DNA of 64,000 nucleotides. Origin: Eledone cirrhosa. Lineage: Eukaryota. The translations under genes and the position numbers were made by a program. Of the stretch, positions 14,011 to 28,845 are shown in pieces. A model generated the notes under the pieces. The model saw only the letters and a list, made by a program, of their open reading frames with translations, did no database searches and was not told the origin of the DNA. The stretch spans positions 33,542,001 through 33,606,000 of the forward strand of contig OZ024756.1 in the NCBI GenBank assembly GCA_964016885.1. Reading direction: 5' to 3'. Within the stretch, counting starts at the first letter, position 1, and the number at the start of each line of letters is the position of its first letter.

Positions 14011-14869
14011 TGAGGATCTCTGTATGTGTGTGTGTGAGTTCGAATCCCGAAAACTCGAGAACCATCGAACCGACTGTTTTCAAACTTTACACATGTAATA
14101 CTTATGTTTCAGGGAGTGTTCTGAGCCAAGAGAATTTCAAATTTTCCTTGCCCTAGGGAACGTATTAGGCGATTTAGCGATCTCGCTCTATAATTCTTAG
14201 TCTTTCTCTTTTTAGATAGATACATACATATAACGTCGCGCAATTATAATATCTGTCTGTATGTCTGGCTGTCTGCATGACGTCACTTCCCTGAGGATGT
14301 GTGTGTGTGTGAGTTTGAATCCCTAAAACTCGAGAAGTACCCAACCGATGTTTTTCAAACTTTATATATGTATTACTTATGTTTCAGGGAGTGTTATGTA
14401 CATAAACAATTCAACTTTTTTTTATCTCCTGGGGCCCGCATTAGGTGAAAAACTGCGTTTTTTTAAGATTTTTATGGGTTTTTTTAGACGTTTCCTTGAA
14501 ATTGTAACTATGTATTAGTCAGTCTCTTCTTCATACCATAAGCAAAGAAAATCCAACTTTCTTATGGCATTATGTGAAAAACTTCATTTTTTCAGCTTCG
14601 TACGGCTTTTTGGAGGCGTTACGTCTAGCCGATTTTCCTGAAATATAAAGGCATAAATTCATTTTCTTGATCCCCTAGCGTCCCCATTAGGTGAAAGCCT
14701 GCATTTTTCCTGCTTCAACGAGGAAAATCTTACAGATTATCCAGCCATCAGAGTGTTCGGTTTATTTTCTTTACATATTGTCCAGGCATGCAGTTTTTCC
14801 ACGATTAGGTCTTTTGGCGGCCCACGTTCCAAAATACCTTATCCCGTGCAACGCCGGGTACCACTGCTA

Positions 14870-14870
<1 letters not shown>
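14005..14870 (+). mobile_element. Non-autonomous Helitron-like element
   Basis: 3' hairpin cccgtgcaacgccggg (14843-14858) followed by CTAG|T at 14867-14870; 5' end merges with (TA)n; internal ~110-bp duplication. Confidence 0.7.
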
Positions 14871-14936
<66 letters not shown>

Positions 14937-15002
14937 AAACGCAGGTATTTAAGGTAAACAGTCCCATTGTCTACATAGAACAAAATTATATATATGTGTG
15001 CG

Positions 15003-15068
<66 letters not shown>

Positions 15069-15609
15069 GGAGAGAGAGCGTAGTTGTGTTTGTGAGTGTA
15101 TTTTTAGATATGTATAAATGTTGCTTCTGAGAGATTATTTCGTTGATCTATGTCAATAGATTATATATCAGCGGTTAAACGCCACACATATACACAATAA
15201 TATACATACGTTGTAGCAATAGTTCTGCATGTGTGTTGAAATAGGTATACTACTTTGGCACAGATATAATTGGGTATTGTCTTATTTCATACGTTGATGC
15301 TTATATTGAAATATATATGTTTGTCTGTTCAATTTATGCATTATTTTGATATACTTATAAATATTTTTTTGTTGTATATTTTTAAATGTTTTTATATTTT
15401 CATTTTATTTATATACTTATAGTAATGGTTTTGCTTTCACCGTTCGTTTTTGTTTATTTCAGGCTGTCAAGTTTAAAATGTAAACACAAAACAAATTTGA
15501 CCGATTACATTTGATGAGTTGAAATTGGATATACAAAAGTAAATAGAAACTGCTCTCAACGTGAAGCAATTATTAGACCAATGAACTATTACCTTCAAGG
15601 TGACATATA

Positions 15610-16249
15610 CAGGTAAAATTCTGTTATAATGAATACCATTATAATAATTTTTCAGTATAACGAAATTGTTTTCAAGTCCCGAGGTAATAACAAACAAACG
15701 CTCGATTTGTTTCGGCCGATCGCGTTATGAAGAATTTTTCGTTACAACGAAATTTTTTGTACGTTATGACGGAATTTTTTCACTGTATATGACGTATCTC
15801 CTTCAGATTTACAATGATTAATTCAGGGATACTTTTTGAGCGGACCAATTTAAACCAACTCAAAATATTGCAGAAAACCCTACCTGATAATAGTTCGAAT
15901 GTCAACTGTCGGTTGAAATTGATATACCATCAGAAATCTCAAATTGCTTCAGAAATGTACACAGAATAAGCTTCACTTTGTCTACCTAACAAATATACAT
16001 TTTTTCTATGACATTGTACCTGTAGCATAAATATAAACTTTGGTCCTGTTAGGTAAGCAACACCATTCTGTATACAGTGAAATTCCGTTATAACGAAATT
16101 CATGGGGTATATAAAAAAAATCGTTTTGACGAAAAATTCTTTATAACGTGATCGACCAAACACATCGAACGTGTGGCCGGGGATTGGAAAAAATTTGTTA
16201 TACTGAAAAATTCGTTATAACGGTATTCGTTATAACGGAATTTTACCTG
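15610..16249. mobile_element. pogo/Tigger-like MITE
   Basis: TIRs CAGGTAAAATTC(T/C)GTTATAA with TA TSD and repeated cgttataacg subterminal motifs; a fragment of the same family lies at ~19400-19530. Confidence 0.82.
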
Positions 16250-16644
16250 TAATGGCTTCAGTGAAACAATGCAACAATGCACTTACACGAATCGAAGCTT
16301 ATTAAAAATAAGATCATGTTCTGTGGCAGTTGAAATGTTTGATTTTAAATCCTAGCAAAAATCATCGAGCTAGCGATGTATAGACAAGCAGTTGTCTGAA
16401 GAGTTCCGGGGGTACAGCATTTTACGTCCAATTTTCAACAATTATACGGCGTAGAACTAGTGGGCTTTAGTAATACAAGGGTTTCAGTTAGTGTTGTTAA
16501 AGATTTTGTAGAAGCAGACATTGTCTGAATGCCACTTTGTTTAAATCAACACACGCACACGCACACAGACACAAATACACACACACACACATACATCCAT
16601 ACACACATATATATATATATTATATTTCTATATATATATAATAT

Positions 16645-16732
<88 letters not shown>

Positions 16733-17553
16733 GGAAAAAGTATGACCCCGACGGCAGAGCTCAAGCCGTTTCGACGGCTATTTCTAGTCTAGAAATAGCT
16801 GTCGAAACTACTACCCTAAGTATTGAGTACTCTGGTGCGTTATGGTCCATCTGGTTCCTTACCACAATTCCTTCGTTATATATATATATTCACCTTCGTT
16901 TCTTTCGATATTATGCATCATATTACACATATCTATATTTTATCACATGAAGTGTCAGAGTGTATTTTAGCGTTCCAACTGTCAATATTGACAGCATAAT
17001 TGGGCCAGGCAGCAAGCATGAAATGTAAAAGACCAAACATCTCATGAAAATCGAAGGATAAAGTGACAATTTTAATTCATTTCTATTCACTATACAGCTG
17101 TTATGAATACACATTGAAAAAGCCTATATTGTGAGTTAAGTTATTTCCCCTCCAGTCGCATTAAGCTAACACACACAAAGAAACACAAGGCAAAAATTGT
17201 ATAGTGAAAAGCTACGTAGATGTTTTATTTTATATTAGTGTTCTGTTGTGTTGTGTTGTCAACAGCTTGTTCTTTTTATTTCCAGCTCTAGGCAACATCT
17301 AACAAAGTTTAAATTTAATCTAAAATAGAAAAAGATGGTGCTGTTTGTGTAGATATTTCAATGGCAATGGAAGTTAAAGAAAATTCGAAGGCTGCCAATT
17401 TTATACAAGATATATATGTCAAGACAGGAATTCTTGCAAAGTATTTTTCTAAATTCAATGGGAGGCGTATAATTGGAAATTAGATAGGAAAAAACCTTAA
17501 TTTCATTAACACACACATGGATATATAAATATATATACATATATTTATATATA

Positions 17554-17641
<88 letters not shown>

Positions 17642-17727
17642 TATATACATATGTATATACACATATACATAGAAGGTGAAAGCAACGATTCTTTGCTTAA
17701 ATTTAATCTGTTATTTTAATAAATATA

Positions 17728-17785
<58 letters not shown>

Positions 17786-17788
<3 letters not shown>

Positions 17789-18476
17789 CTAACTCATTTT
17801 ATATAGTAGGCCGTATTTGCTTGCAAACCGCCAGAGATTCGATTTTACCAAGTATCCAATTATATTATTCTCCTAGATTTAATAATTAACTAATTAATTT
17901 AATTAGACAATTCTGTTGATTGGTTAATTATTTGTGTTTGTTTGTTTAATAACATCTGGTCGAGAGCTTATTCTGATGATTAGCGGAAATTAAAATATTT
18001 CCTTTGTCTAACATTTTGAATGACCCGCCAAAAACCGGGGGTTATTTCCCTTGCTGGAAATAACACGTGACAACTAAATATACGATACGCTGCAAGTTAG
18101 CGGCAACATTTAGCCTTCTCGCCCCATCCTTTGGTAGAACGAAAACCTGTTGATGAACTGAATCCTCTGTTCGATCCTGAATACCACGAGCTTGCCAGTT
18201 ACGTAAGTCTGATATTTGATTTCGGATTCATAGAAACACTTTAAACGTATAACGTTTGATTTGTCCAGGTGTATTTTTCTCAACCTGTTAGTTCGTTCGT
18301 TACTTTTCTATATTGTGTGTTAGATTTTGCCTACCACAAGGTTCAATTTGTCAAGCTATTTAAACGTATGTTATTACTCTAAGGACCTACCTTATTGTGT
18401 GCTTTGCTAACTCATTTCATATAGTAGGCCGAATTTGCTTGCACACCGCCAGCGATTCGATATTACTAAGTATCCA

Positions 18477-18477
<1 letters not shown>
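17786..18477. mobile_element. About 690-bp element with ~73-bp direct terminal repeats in (TA)n (pLTR-like)
   Basis: ttgctaactcatt.tatatagtaggccg.atttgcttgca.accgccag.gattcga..ttac.aagtatccaa at 17786-17858 and 18404-18477. Confidence 0.65.
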
Positions 18478-18520
<43 letters not shown>

Positions 18521-18877
18521 TGGACATATGTATGAGCATTGGCATGAATTAGTATATATTATTCTGTATGGTCGGGTGCTTCTAGGGTATGAATATATAT
18601 TTGATTAATTTTTCCGATTATTATTAATATTATGATTATTAGTAATAATATTATTACTATTTATTATTAATATTATAATATTATGTCATTATATATCTTG
18701 AAGACAAGAATGATGGGGAACATAATTTACTGTAGATGAATATCCACGAGGGCAGCCCGTCGGATAGAATGATTTACTGAATATACAATGGCTATTTTAC
18801 ATTTCGTTTACTTTTCATCCTTTCAGGATCAATAAATATAGTAATACTCCAATACTGGAATCGATTATTCTTCTAAA

Positions 18878-19175
18878 AGGCGGTGAATTGGCAGTATCAG
18901 TAGAGCGTCAGACACTATGCTTTGCAGCATAGATTTACGGCCCTTTATGATCTGAGTTCAAATCCCACCGAGGTTAACTTTGCCTTTCATCCTTACGGCG
19001 TCGATAAAATCGAAATCGACCCCAGTTCATTACTGGTGCTTTATTTTATCGACCCCGTAATGATGAAAGGCAAAAGCAACCTCGGCGGGATTTGAACTCA
19101 GAACGTAAAGGGCCATAACTCTATGCTGCAAATCATGGCGTCTGATGCTCTACAGATTCTGCAAATCCACTGCCT
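18878..19175. mobile_element. Two family-1 SINEs in inverted orientation
   Basis: Plus copy 18878-19010 directly followed by minus copy 19020-19175. Confidence 0.8.
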
Positions 19176-19957
19176 TAATGATGGTGATAGTGATGATAAT
19201 GATGGTGATGATGGTGGTAGTGATAGTGATAGTGGTGATGATCGTAAATGGGCATAACCCTATGCCACAAAGCATATTGTCCGACATTTTAATATTGTGA
19301 AATAAAAGGAGAAAGAGATATCCAGGAATAATCTACCCCTATACTAAATTGGTACTATATTTATCCCACTCGAAATGACGAAAACATCAATTTTTTTATA
19401 CCCCGTTATAACGAAAATTCACTATATATGCTGTATCTCCTTGAGATTCACAATAATCAATTCAGGCATACTTTTTAAGCGGGCCTTAGTAAACCAACTC
19501 AAAATATTTCAGAAAATCCGACATGTTGAAAAACAAATTTGACTGTGGAGTGATTCGAACTTAAAGTGCAGATTACTGGAATGAATACCACAAAATATTC
19601 TTACCAATACTCTCATCAAATAACATTGCATGAGACAAAAGTCTCTGGAGAGACTGGATTGCAGGAACAAGACATTAATTCACCACATGTCGGATCAATC
19701 CACTATTAACCTAGGGTTAAATACCAACAATAATATCCTTCAGAATTGAATGAATCCATGAAACAGATATTAAATAATGCTAGAATATTAATTCCTAGAC
19801 TGGCTGCCTTCCTTTAGTTGCAGTGATAATGAATACCATTATCTTATTTCCAATTGTAAAAATACATTCAAACATATATACGTATTTATATCCATTACTA
19901 TACCTATATATATATACATATCCGTGTGTGTTTTCGTGTATGTGTGCTTGTGAATGC

Positions 19958-20021
<64 letters not shown>

Positions 20022-20039
20022 TGTACATATGTGTCTGTG

Positions 20040-20074
<35 letters not shown>

Positions 20075-20539
20075 CTTTATGATACTTACATATATTTTTA
20101 TTATTCAGAAAATCGGCCTAAGACATGATGTGTCAAAGAGAAAATACCACCATGAAGTTATCTCTCATCAACAATGGTGGAGTTTAAGAGTTTAAGAGGT
20201 CAAAATTCTGTTATGGGTCTTATCAAATATATAGCATCTACATAACAATATAATGGCATAATTAAATTCACTCAGAAAGTAAAATAAACATGGCTGAATG
20301 CAAATTAGTGGCAAATGTTGTAAAAACTTGAATCTTATGATGACGTTGATGAATGGTAATATTGGAAATTGTGTGCAAGTGAAGCATAGTCAGACATTTT
20401 CGTTGAGGTGAAAATTGTGAAAATTTGAAAATAGATCGTGCGAATTTATAGGATATTATAAATGAGAGTCATGTTTCATTGTATATTCAATGAAAGCATA
20501 GGCGTCAGCTTTGTTTATGTAGACTTATATTGCCGTGTA

Positions 20540-20577
20540 TTAAATAATAAATGGCTTACGAGCGAATGACATTTCAC
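20540..20577 (-). CDS. Candidate terminal exon (GEMSFARKPFII*)
   Basis: Strong acceptor ctctttttattgcag, phase matches 21380-21540; AATAAA on the minus strand at ~20097-20102. Confidence 0.42.
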
Positions 20578-21379
20578 CTGCAATAAAAAGAGACAAGTTC
20601 GAGAATTTATCTGTATTTTCAGAGATTATTTTTCCTTTTTCATTCTATTTTTCTAGTTTTTATCTATCATATATATTTGTTTGTCTGTCTGTTTTCATAT
20701 CATTATATTTATTATTTTTTCATTTCATTTTCCCCAGCGTACTTATACATTAAACATCAAATTTCATTCCTTCGTTTCGTTAGAGAGAAAGTATTTAATA
20801 TTCGTCTGAGAATAAGAATATTCTAAATGAAATTTTATACTTTTTCACATTTACGTTAAATACGGACATATTTTTAAATTTTCTAGAAATTAAATGACGG
20901 GCAATGAATGAAATCGAAGCTTTCGTAGAGATTGTTGAATGTAACATACGTGTATGGTACTTACATATACGCATGTATGTTTAGGACATACGTATATACA
21001 TATATACAGTGTGTGTATGTGTATATATATATATATACATATATATAGGAAAGAGAAAGGACCCCGACGGCTGAGCTCCGGCCGTCTCTGCAGCTAAATC
21101 CGAACTCTAGGTGTCGAAACGGCCGGGGCTCAGCCGTCGGGGTCCTGAATCTTTTCCTATTACCCACTCTACTAGTATTGAGTACTCTGGTGCGTTATAG
21201 TCCAGCTGGTATCTTACCATATATATATATATATAATTATTTAATATAGAAATGTCTTCTACAGCGCTAGACCTGATTCATTCATATTCATTCATATAAA
21301 ATTATCAAAAATGAAACAGTTCTAGTCTTGTAGAAGTCATTTCCATATTAAATAATTATGTTATTCTCTATTAATGTAC

Positions 21380-21540
21380 CGGGTAACTTTTTTAAACTAT
21401 GGTTAACCAATGTATTTAATGCAGGAAATGCAGCAGGAGCCGAGATATCTGAAGTAGCCAAATCAACACTGAATGTCACCCGAAATGTATTCATGATATC
21501 GGAGTGGCAACGGCAACATTTGTATTCTACCTTGTAAGCG
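21380..21540 (-). CDS. Candidate internal exon (AYKVEYKCCRCHSDIMNTFRVTFSVDLATSDISAPAAFPALNTLVNHSLKKLP)
   Basis: 161-nt open frame in non-repetitive sequence, acceptor acattgacag (in-phase alternative at 21558), donor gtacat, phase 2-1. Confidence 0.45.
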
Positions 21541-21595
21541 CTGTCAATGTATAAAATACTAAAAATACATATTTATATATATGTATGTATATATG

Positions 21596-21627
<32 letters not shown>

Positions 21628-22071
21628 TGTATGTATGTATGTATATATTATGTATGAATGTATGTATGTAAAAGGTAAACAGAAATAACAAAATTAACAA
21701 AATAAACGGCACAGTACTTGGAAGAAATATATTAGTTTAACGCTTGAAATAGCAATAGTCTTACCTCCAATAAAATCATATATATATATATATATATAAT
21801 TTTCTTGGCATAATTCCAATGACAGTGTCATTCCCATTTATGCATATGCATTTTGATATCTCAGAATTTCGCATTGCTTCTACTTTGAAAGGAATAAGAA
21901 TGTTACTTTAGAAGTGTTAACGGCTTATTGGGTGTAACAAGAGTTAGTGAAGACGTACGAAAAAATACAAGTTTATGCATGCCTCTTAGAAGTCATGCCT
22001 GTAAAATAGCTAAATATTCTGTAGTAATTATAAAGGCAGTTACATGTTTATTTATATTAGTTTTGCGAGGT

Positions 22072-22352
22072 TTTTTATATGAAATCGTGTGTCGAAACAA
22101 ATATTGTTATACTTGGGGAGGGTCATATTTGTGTAATATTGCCAGAATTAATAACAGAACACACTCACTGTTTGGTTGGTTTTCACTTCTCGCTTCTGTG
22201 TCTTTTATATCGGTAATCTAATATACTCGGTCCTCAATGTTGTCATTGACTGACCGGCGGTCAAAAATAATACAGATACAATATAGACACAAACACATAT
22301 ATATAGTTTATCATAAATCTTTCGTTGCACATCTGCAACATCGTCAGTGTTG
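22072..22352 (-). repeat. Interspersed PLE-like family (hammerhead-bearing)
   Basis: Homologous segments at 5757-5902 (inverted), 9565-9660 and 56644-56870. Confidence 0.65.
22305..22352 (-). ncRNA. Hammerhead core motif
   Basis: Minus strand CTGACGA-t-GTTGCA-gatg-TGCAAC-GAAA with a perfect 6-bp stem II. Confidence 0.6.
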
Positions 22353-22431
22353 CTATATTTTCCTCCTGTTGTGTTGTATGTCTACGCCATATTTATATAT
22401 ATATACGCCATATTTATATATATATATACAA

Positions 22432-22464
<33 letters not shown>

Positions 22465-24155
22465 GTAATAATAATAAATGTGTGTGTCGGTGTGTGTGTA
22501 TCTATGTATGTATGTATATATATATATATTCTCTTTCCGACAAAAATACCCAGCCCACCATATAAAGTGCTTATGTTTGTTACACGATGAAAACGTATCC
22601 AATCCAACCTATTATTTGGTCGTTTTCGTTTCATGATAAGAAGCCGCCCGTTCACACTTTAAATGACATTGAAGCCAGGAAGAACCTCCAAGCCGTAGAA
22701 ACCAACGCAGAAACAGTTCTCTATGAGCAAGACGTGGTTACCTGTCCTGACTCATCGTTTAACACACGCTAGCGTGGAAAAAAAATCCGTGCGTGTGTGT
22801 GTGTGTGTGTGTGGAGAGAGAGAGAGAAGAGGAGGGAGAGAGAGAGAGCGAGAGAGAGAGAGAGAGAGAGAGAGGGGGGACAGAGAGAGGAGAGAGAGAG
22901 AGAGGAGAGACGCACAGACGACAACAGACAGACACACGCACACGTTTCTATTACGAATACATATATACTTATGAAATATATGGACACGTGTGTTAATGAT
23001 GCTAATTGATCGTATCAAGATAGATATACATATGTTTAGATAAACATATATATCTACAAAGACATATAGATATATCATGATAAGTAAATTTCAGTTGAAA
23101 ATTCATGACATCTGTTTCGAAGTAGTACACCAGATATTGCACAAATTTCCTCTTATAGAACCTAGTTTCACCCAGAGCCCTCTAGGTGAACATCAGTGGA
23201 CTGAAACAAATGTAGTGTTGACATTCTTTCTGCTACCCTACTCCATCCCATTTTCTTCCCTCTTTCTCTTCTATTTTTCTCCCCCACCTTTTTTTTTACA
23301 TTGCCTTTCTTTTTTTGTTTCACCATCCTTGCGATATAAACAAAGGTAAAGGAAGACTAACATTTAAAAAGTATTAATCAATAATTTTATTTAAAAATAA
23401 GAAAATTGTTTATAAAAAGTATCAACTAGGATTACAATCTAAAGTCTAAAGTGTGTCTTAAGCCAGAAGTCTCATTTGGCCTGTGCTTATTCCGGTTATA
23501 TGGCGTGAAGCGACTGAGAGTACAAGACCTCCCACTGGACAGTGACGCCAGTCCATCGCAGGGTTAAACCCCCAGCTATTGCTGGTACTCATTTTCAGAT
23601 GAGTACACTGACGCAACGTGAAATGAAGTGCTTTGTTCAAGAACACAACAAGCAACCCATGAATCGAACCCTCGACATTATGAACATAAGTCCAACACCC
23701 TTACCACTAGGCCACGTGCCTCCACACGATTACCATAGGAAACATTTATTAAATCCGTAAACTCAGCCCATGTCAAATAATTCCGCACACTTTCTCTAGA
23801 TTTACTTTTTTATCTTCACTTGCTCCACCCTTTTTTTTACACTAATACACGCCTGATAACCCCCACTCACTCTTTATATTGGTGTTTCTTACATCTACCT
23901 AAAACCTCTTCGCAAAACCTAATAAAGTGTACCATCGTGTAAGTTTCGTTGCAACCTTAATGGTTTGTTAAGCCAGTAACTTTGGCAGTCTTCTCAAGCA
24001 AACAGTATCTAACGGTAACGAATACACGCGTATACGCCTATGTATGCAATTATACACGCCCTCTGGCACACACACAATCACACATATATACACACGTGCA
24101 TACATATGTTCACACATACACACACACACACACACGTATATATATATTTATATAC

Positions 24156-24220
<65 letters not shown>

Positions 24221-24313
24221 TGTGGGTGTAAGTGTATATGTATATATATATGTATATGTATATGTATGTATGTATGCATATATATATGCATATGTATGTA
24301 TGTATGCATATAT

Positions 24314-24398
<85 letters not shown>

Positions 24399-24412
24399 CG
24401 TGGGTGTAAGTG

Positions 24413-24449
<37 letters not shown>

Positions 24450-24624
24450 GTATATGTATGTATGTATGCATATATATATATATATGTATATGTATGTATG
24501 CATATATATATATATATGTATGTATATATATATATATATTTATATATATATACATACATATATATATATATACGCATACATACATATACATATATATATA
24601 TATGCATACATACATACATATATA

Positions 24625-24693
<69 letters not shown>

Positions 24694-26082
24694 TGTTCTG
24701 CAGAGTAGTGTGTCTGAAAGAGTGCTGTTAACGCCCCCTATAGGTCGTTATATATCATGTAGGCGGTCCTGAAGTGAAAATGCCAAATTATTATATATCA
24801 GTTTCTCATATGTATAATCTTGTGTTGGGGGTGGGGGGTGTACTGATGTTCCGCTATTAAAACAGAGCGTCTCAGGGAAACAAAAAGTAAAAACAATTCT
24901 AAACGTTGATACTAGACTTTATGCATATAACCATAAATAAATATTTGGTAGTTTGTAATTTATATTTTCTTTATAAATTTCCAGCTTTTATGTTTGTTCA
25001 CCGTTTTTGGTTCAAAGCATCAACTCATTCAGTCAGGTACTTAGAACTATAGCATCTTTTTTTTTTTTTTCCACAAATTTTATTGTAACAATCGGTAGAG
25101 TAATACCAAGTTATTAAATTCCTTCTATCTAAGAATAGTTATTATATATCACTCCACCAACGATGTGTCTACATCCCCCTGATTGCTTATTATCGAAGCT
25201 GTTAACTTAATATTATCTTCAATATATATGTATTTTCCAAGCCTTGCTGCAAACATCATGTCGCAGACATCGATTTTCTTCGATGGTGATCAATTTATTC
25301 GAAAATGGTATTATCGTATTATATGGTTTAATATGAAATTATGGACTTATCATCTGTTTAATTTAGCGAATAACGCCTGATACATATATATAGTTCAATT
25401 TACGATATAATCTTTCCTTACACTCAGCTAATTTAGCAAATGATAGAGTGGTAGTCAGCGTTTACAAATTATCGTGTCCATGTTGTTCAAACTGACTTAT
25501 CTGATGTGTTATCGATCAAGTTAAGTGATCGTCGCTGTAATTTTAGACATTAAATCAACGTATATTATATAGGGAAATTAAACAAAGAAGGAAGAAAAAT
25601 TTTAATGTGTATTCTCTCTCTTTTTATTCTATTCACGGGATGTGCATTTGTGATATAAATCTCTCACACATTACTCATTATTCGTGATTGATTTGCCAAT
25701 AACAGAGCCTATCAGATATCTAGTGTTGTTTGAAATTTGATAGAATTCAATCAGGTTTTGTTTTATCATGCTAGCTTATGTGAGAGTTAGCATATTTCAG
25801 AAAGAGTGGAAAGAGGAAAAACAACAAAAATTACAGAAACTCTCGTTATAAATATATATACGGAAACACATGCATATAACACAACCTCTACTTTACATCT
25901 TGCTAATCAGAGACACGCGCAGGAGGGTGGGTTTGTGTTTGGTGATGAAAGCCAATTATCGCCTCTTATTATCATCTGACACTATCGGAGCAGTCAACAC
26001 CGAAAGGTAATTTTTCTGTGTAATATGCTCAGGCATGAAACTTTGTATAACGGCATGAATGTATGTAAGCATGTTTATACAC

Positions 26083-26143
<61 letters not shown>

Positions 26144-26633
26144 TATGAAAAGGATCAGAACCCCGACGGATGAGTTCCGACCTTCCGACCTATAGGTGGC
26201 GTTAGCACCACTACTCTTTCAGACACACTAGTCTGTAGAACAGTATATATATATATATATACAGGGTGTCCCCAAGAATGTATACACACTTTGATTACCT
26301 GTACAGGTACTATTTATTAAAAAACACATCCTTTCCCCAAAATAAAACGATCTACAAACAATAATTCAATTGTATGTAAACACCCAAAATGTTTACATAA
26401 TTTAAATAATTGTTTCTACTTTAGGCACAAGGCCAGCAATTACCCAGTGCATTACTGGTACTTTATTTTATCGACCCCGTAAGGATGAAAGGCAAAGTCA
26501 ACCTCGGCGGGATTTGAACTCAGATCGTAAAGGGACGTAACTATGCTGGAAAACATGGCGTCCGACCCTCTACCGATACTGCCAATCCACAATGAATAAA
26601 AAACAGAATATATTTTTAAAGATTTTTTCCAAT

Positions 26634-26822
26634 CCCCCTCTCTATATCAATAAACATCAATCTCTCCCCCTCACTATATCAATAAACATCAATCCCTCCC
26701 TCTCTCTATATCAATAAACATCACTCTCTCCCCCTCTCTATATCAATATACATCAATCACTTCCCCTCTCTATATCTAATATACAACGCTCTATTTCAAC
26801 CTTCCTCTTTATATCAATTACC
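26634..26822. repeat. Minisatellite, ~31-bp unit
   Basis: ccccctctctatatcaataaacatcaatct repeated about six times with decay. Confidence 0.75.
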
Positions 26823-27758
26823 ACGAAACTCTTCCCCTATCTATATATGTATCTATCTCTCCCATCTATCTCTACATAAAATGTACATAACTTGTAGCGC
26901 GATACAAATATATGTTCTTTTTTTGCTATTTTGGGGAGAAAAATACAATTATTGGGGGAAACCATGAACTCCCTGACTACCACTACAAACCCCTGTAGTT
27001 CCACCGCCCTTGGTATGTACCCCGATATACTCTGTTTCTCTCTGTTTAAAACCCTATTGTATTGTAGTATTACATTGATTTTCTATTATCATAACAATAT
27101 GAATGAGCAATGCCTTATCTGTAATATAGAAAAGGAAAAACAAAATGAAAGCTTAGTATTATCAAATGTCTTCCCATATAATTAAAACCATAAAACAAAC
27201 AATCTTATAATGCGCTGCCTGTCATTACGTCATTGGTTGTAATCCTAGCGACAATATGCTCTTTACGAATTATATCAAAACAGTTTTCTTGTTTCTTTTG
27301 ATAGCATGCCGTGCTTGCTTTAATGGAAAGAAAATCCGATAGCAATTCATACAAAATAGAATCTTTATAAATCTTCGACTGTTTCCCAGGAAATAAATCC
27401 TACGTTTTTAGTTTAGAACTTTGACTTTCAAACACAGCATTTGTTTGAAAGATAATCCAGGTTATTAAATTAATTCAGCCTTTACGTTTTATGTATTGCT
27501 CTTTCTATTTTTCAATTTCGTTTCCTATTATATTTTATCAGGTTTGACTAGTATTTTTTGAAAAACTTCATTAAAAAAGAAAGCCATAATAAAATACATC
27601 ACAGAAATTAATATTTATTCTATCCCAACAAAATAAAGGATAGATCATGCAAATATGTAAATGTTATTTTACTGACTCAGTATATTTTGAATGTATCATA
27701 CGGTTTTATATATCCGGACACAGGAGCTTGACAATTCCAAATAAATATCTATCATTAT

Positions 27759-28366
27759 TGGATGGATTGGCAGTATTGGTAGAGGGTCGGACGCTATGCT
27801 TTGACGCATAGAGTTACGGCCCTTGCCATTCTGAGTTCGAATCCCGCCGAGGTTAACTTTGCCTTTCATCCTTACGGGGTCGATAAAATAAAGTACCAGT
27901 AATACACTGGGTAATTGCTGGCCTTGTGCCAAAAAGTAGAAACAATTATTGGATTGACAGTATCGGTAGAGGGTCGGACGCCATGCTTTGCAGCATAAAG
28001 TTACGGCTATAATCTGAGTTCAAATCCCGCCGAGGTTAACTTTGCCTTTCATTCTTACAGGATCGATAACATAAACTACCAGTCATGCACTGGGGTCGGT
28101 TTAATTGACTTTCCCCTCCCCCAAAATTGCTGGCCTTGTGCCTGTACTAGAAATCATTATTTTCTAAATGCTGCAGGCGGTGTATTGGCAGATCGGTAGA
28201 GGGTCCGACGCCATGCTTTGCAGCATAGAGTTACGCCCATTTATGGTCTGAGTTCAAATCCTGCCGAGGTTAATTTTACCTTTCATCCTTACGGGGTCGA
28301 TAAAATAAAGTACCAGTAATGTACTGCGATAATTGCTGGCCTTGTGCCAGGAGTAGAAACAATTAT
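27759..28366 (+). mobile_element. Tandem array of three tRNA-head SINE copies (family 1)
   Basis: Each copy has box A tggcagtatcgg, box B gagttcaaatcc, body gaggttaactttgcctttcatccttacggggtcgataaaataaagtaccag and tail gctggccttgtgcc..agtagaaacaatt. Confidence 0.85.
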
Positions 28367-28781
28367 TTTCTAATGCTGTCCATTGATAAGTACCCAGATC
28401 GTACTAGAACATTCTATAGTTATTCAGATAGATATTAGAGTCCCCACATATATCTCCAAAGTTTTGTATGCATAAAGACCATTCATTTCTTCATTATTGG
28501 GCTACTTTTAACATTTTGCTTGTGCGTCTACAAATTCGGCGAAATTCCCGAGTAACTAGACTCACTATTCAGCCTTTAGAGGATGAATATTAAAACCATA
28601 CTTCGGTATTGAGTACCTTTTTCACTCAGCCGTCAACCACATACGTATATATATATATATATATATATACAGAGAGAGAGTGAGAGAGAGAGAAAGAGAG
28701 ATGGAGGGGTGCTTGTTTGTGAGTCTCGGGTAACCACAGTAAGTAAGGTACTCAAAATATTAGTAGAGTGTAGACATCATG

Positions 28782-28845
<64 letters not shown>

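Noticed and set aside
23982-24772. Long ORFs rich in YI/CV/HT dipeptides (also 1587-1922, 39914-40575, 52289-53031 and many more)
   Set aside because: Translations of stop-free microsatellites, open in several frames on both strands.
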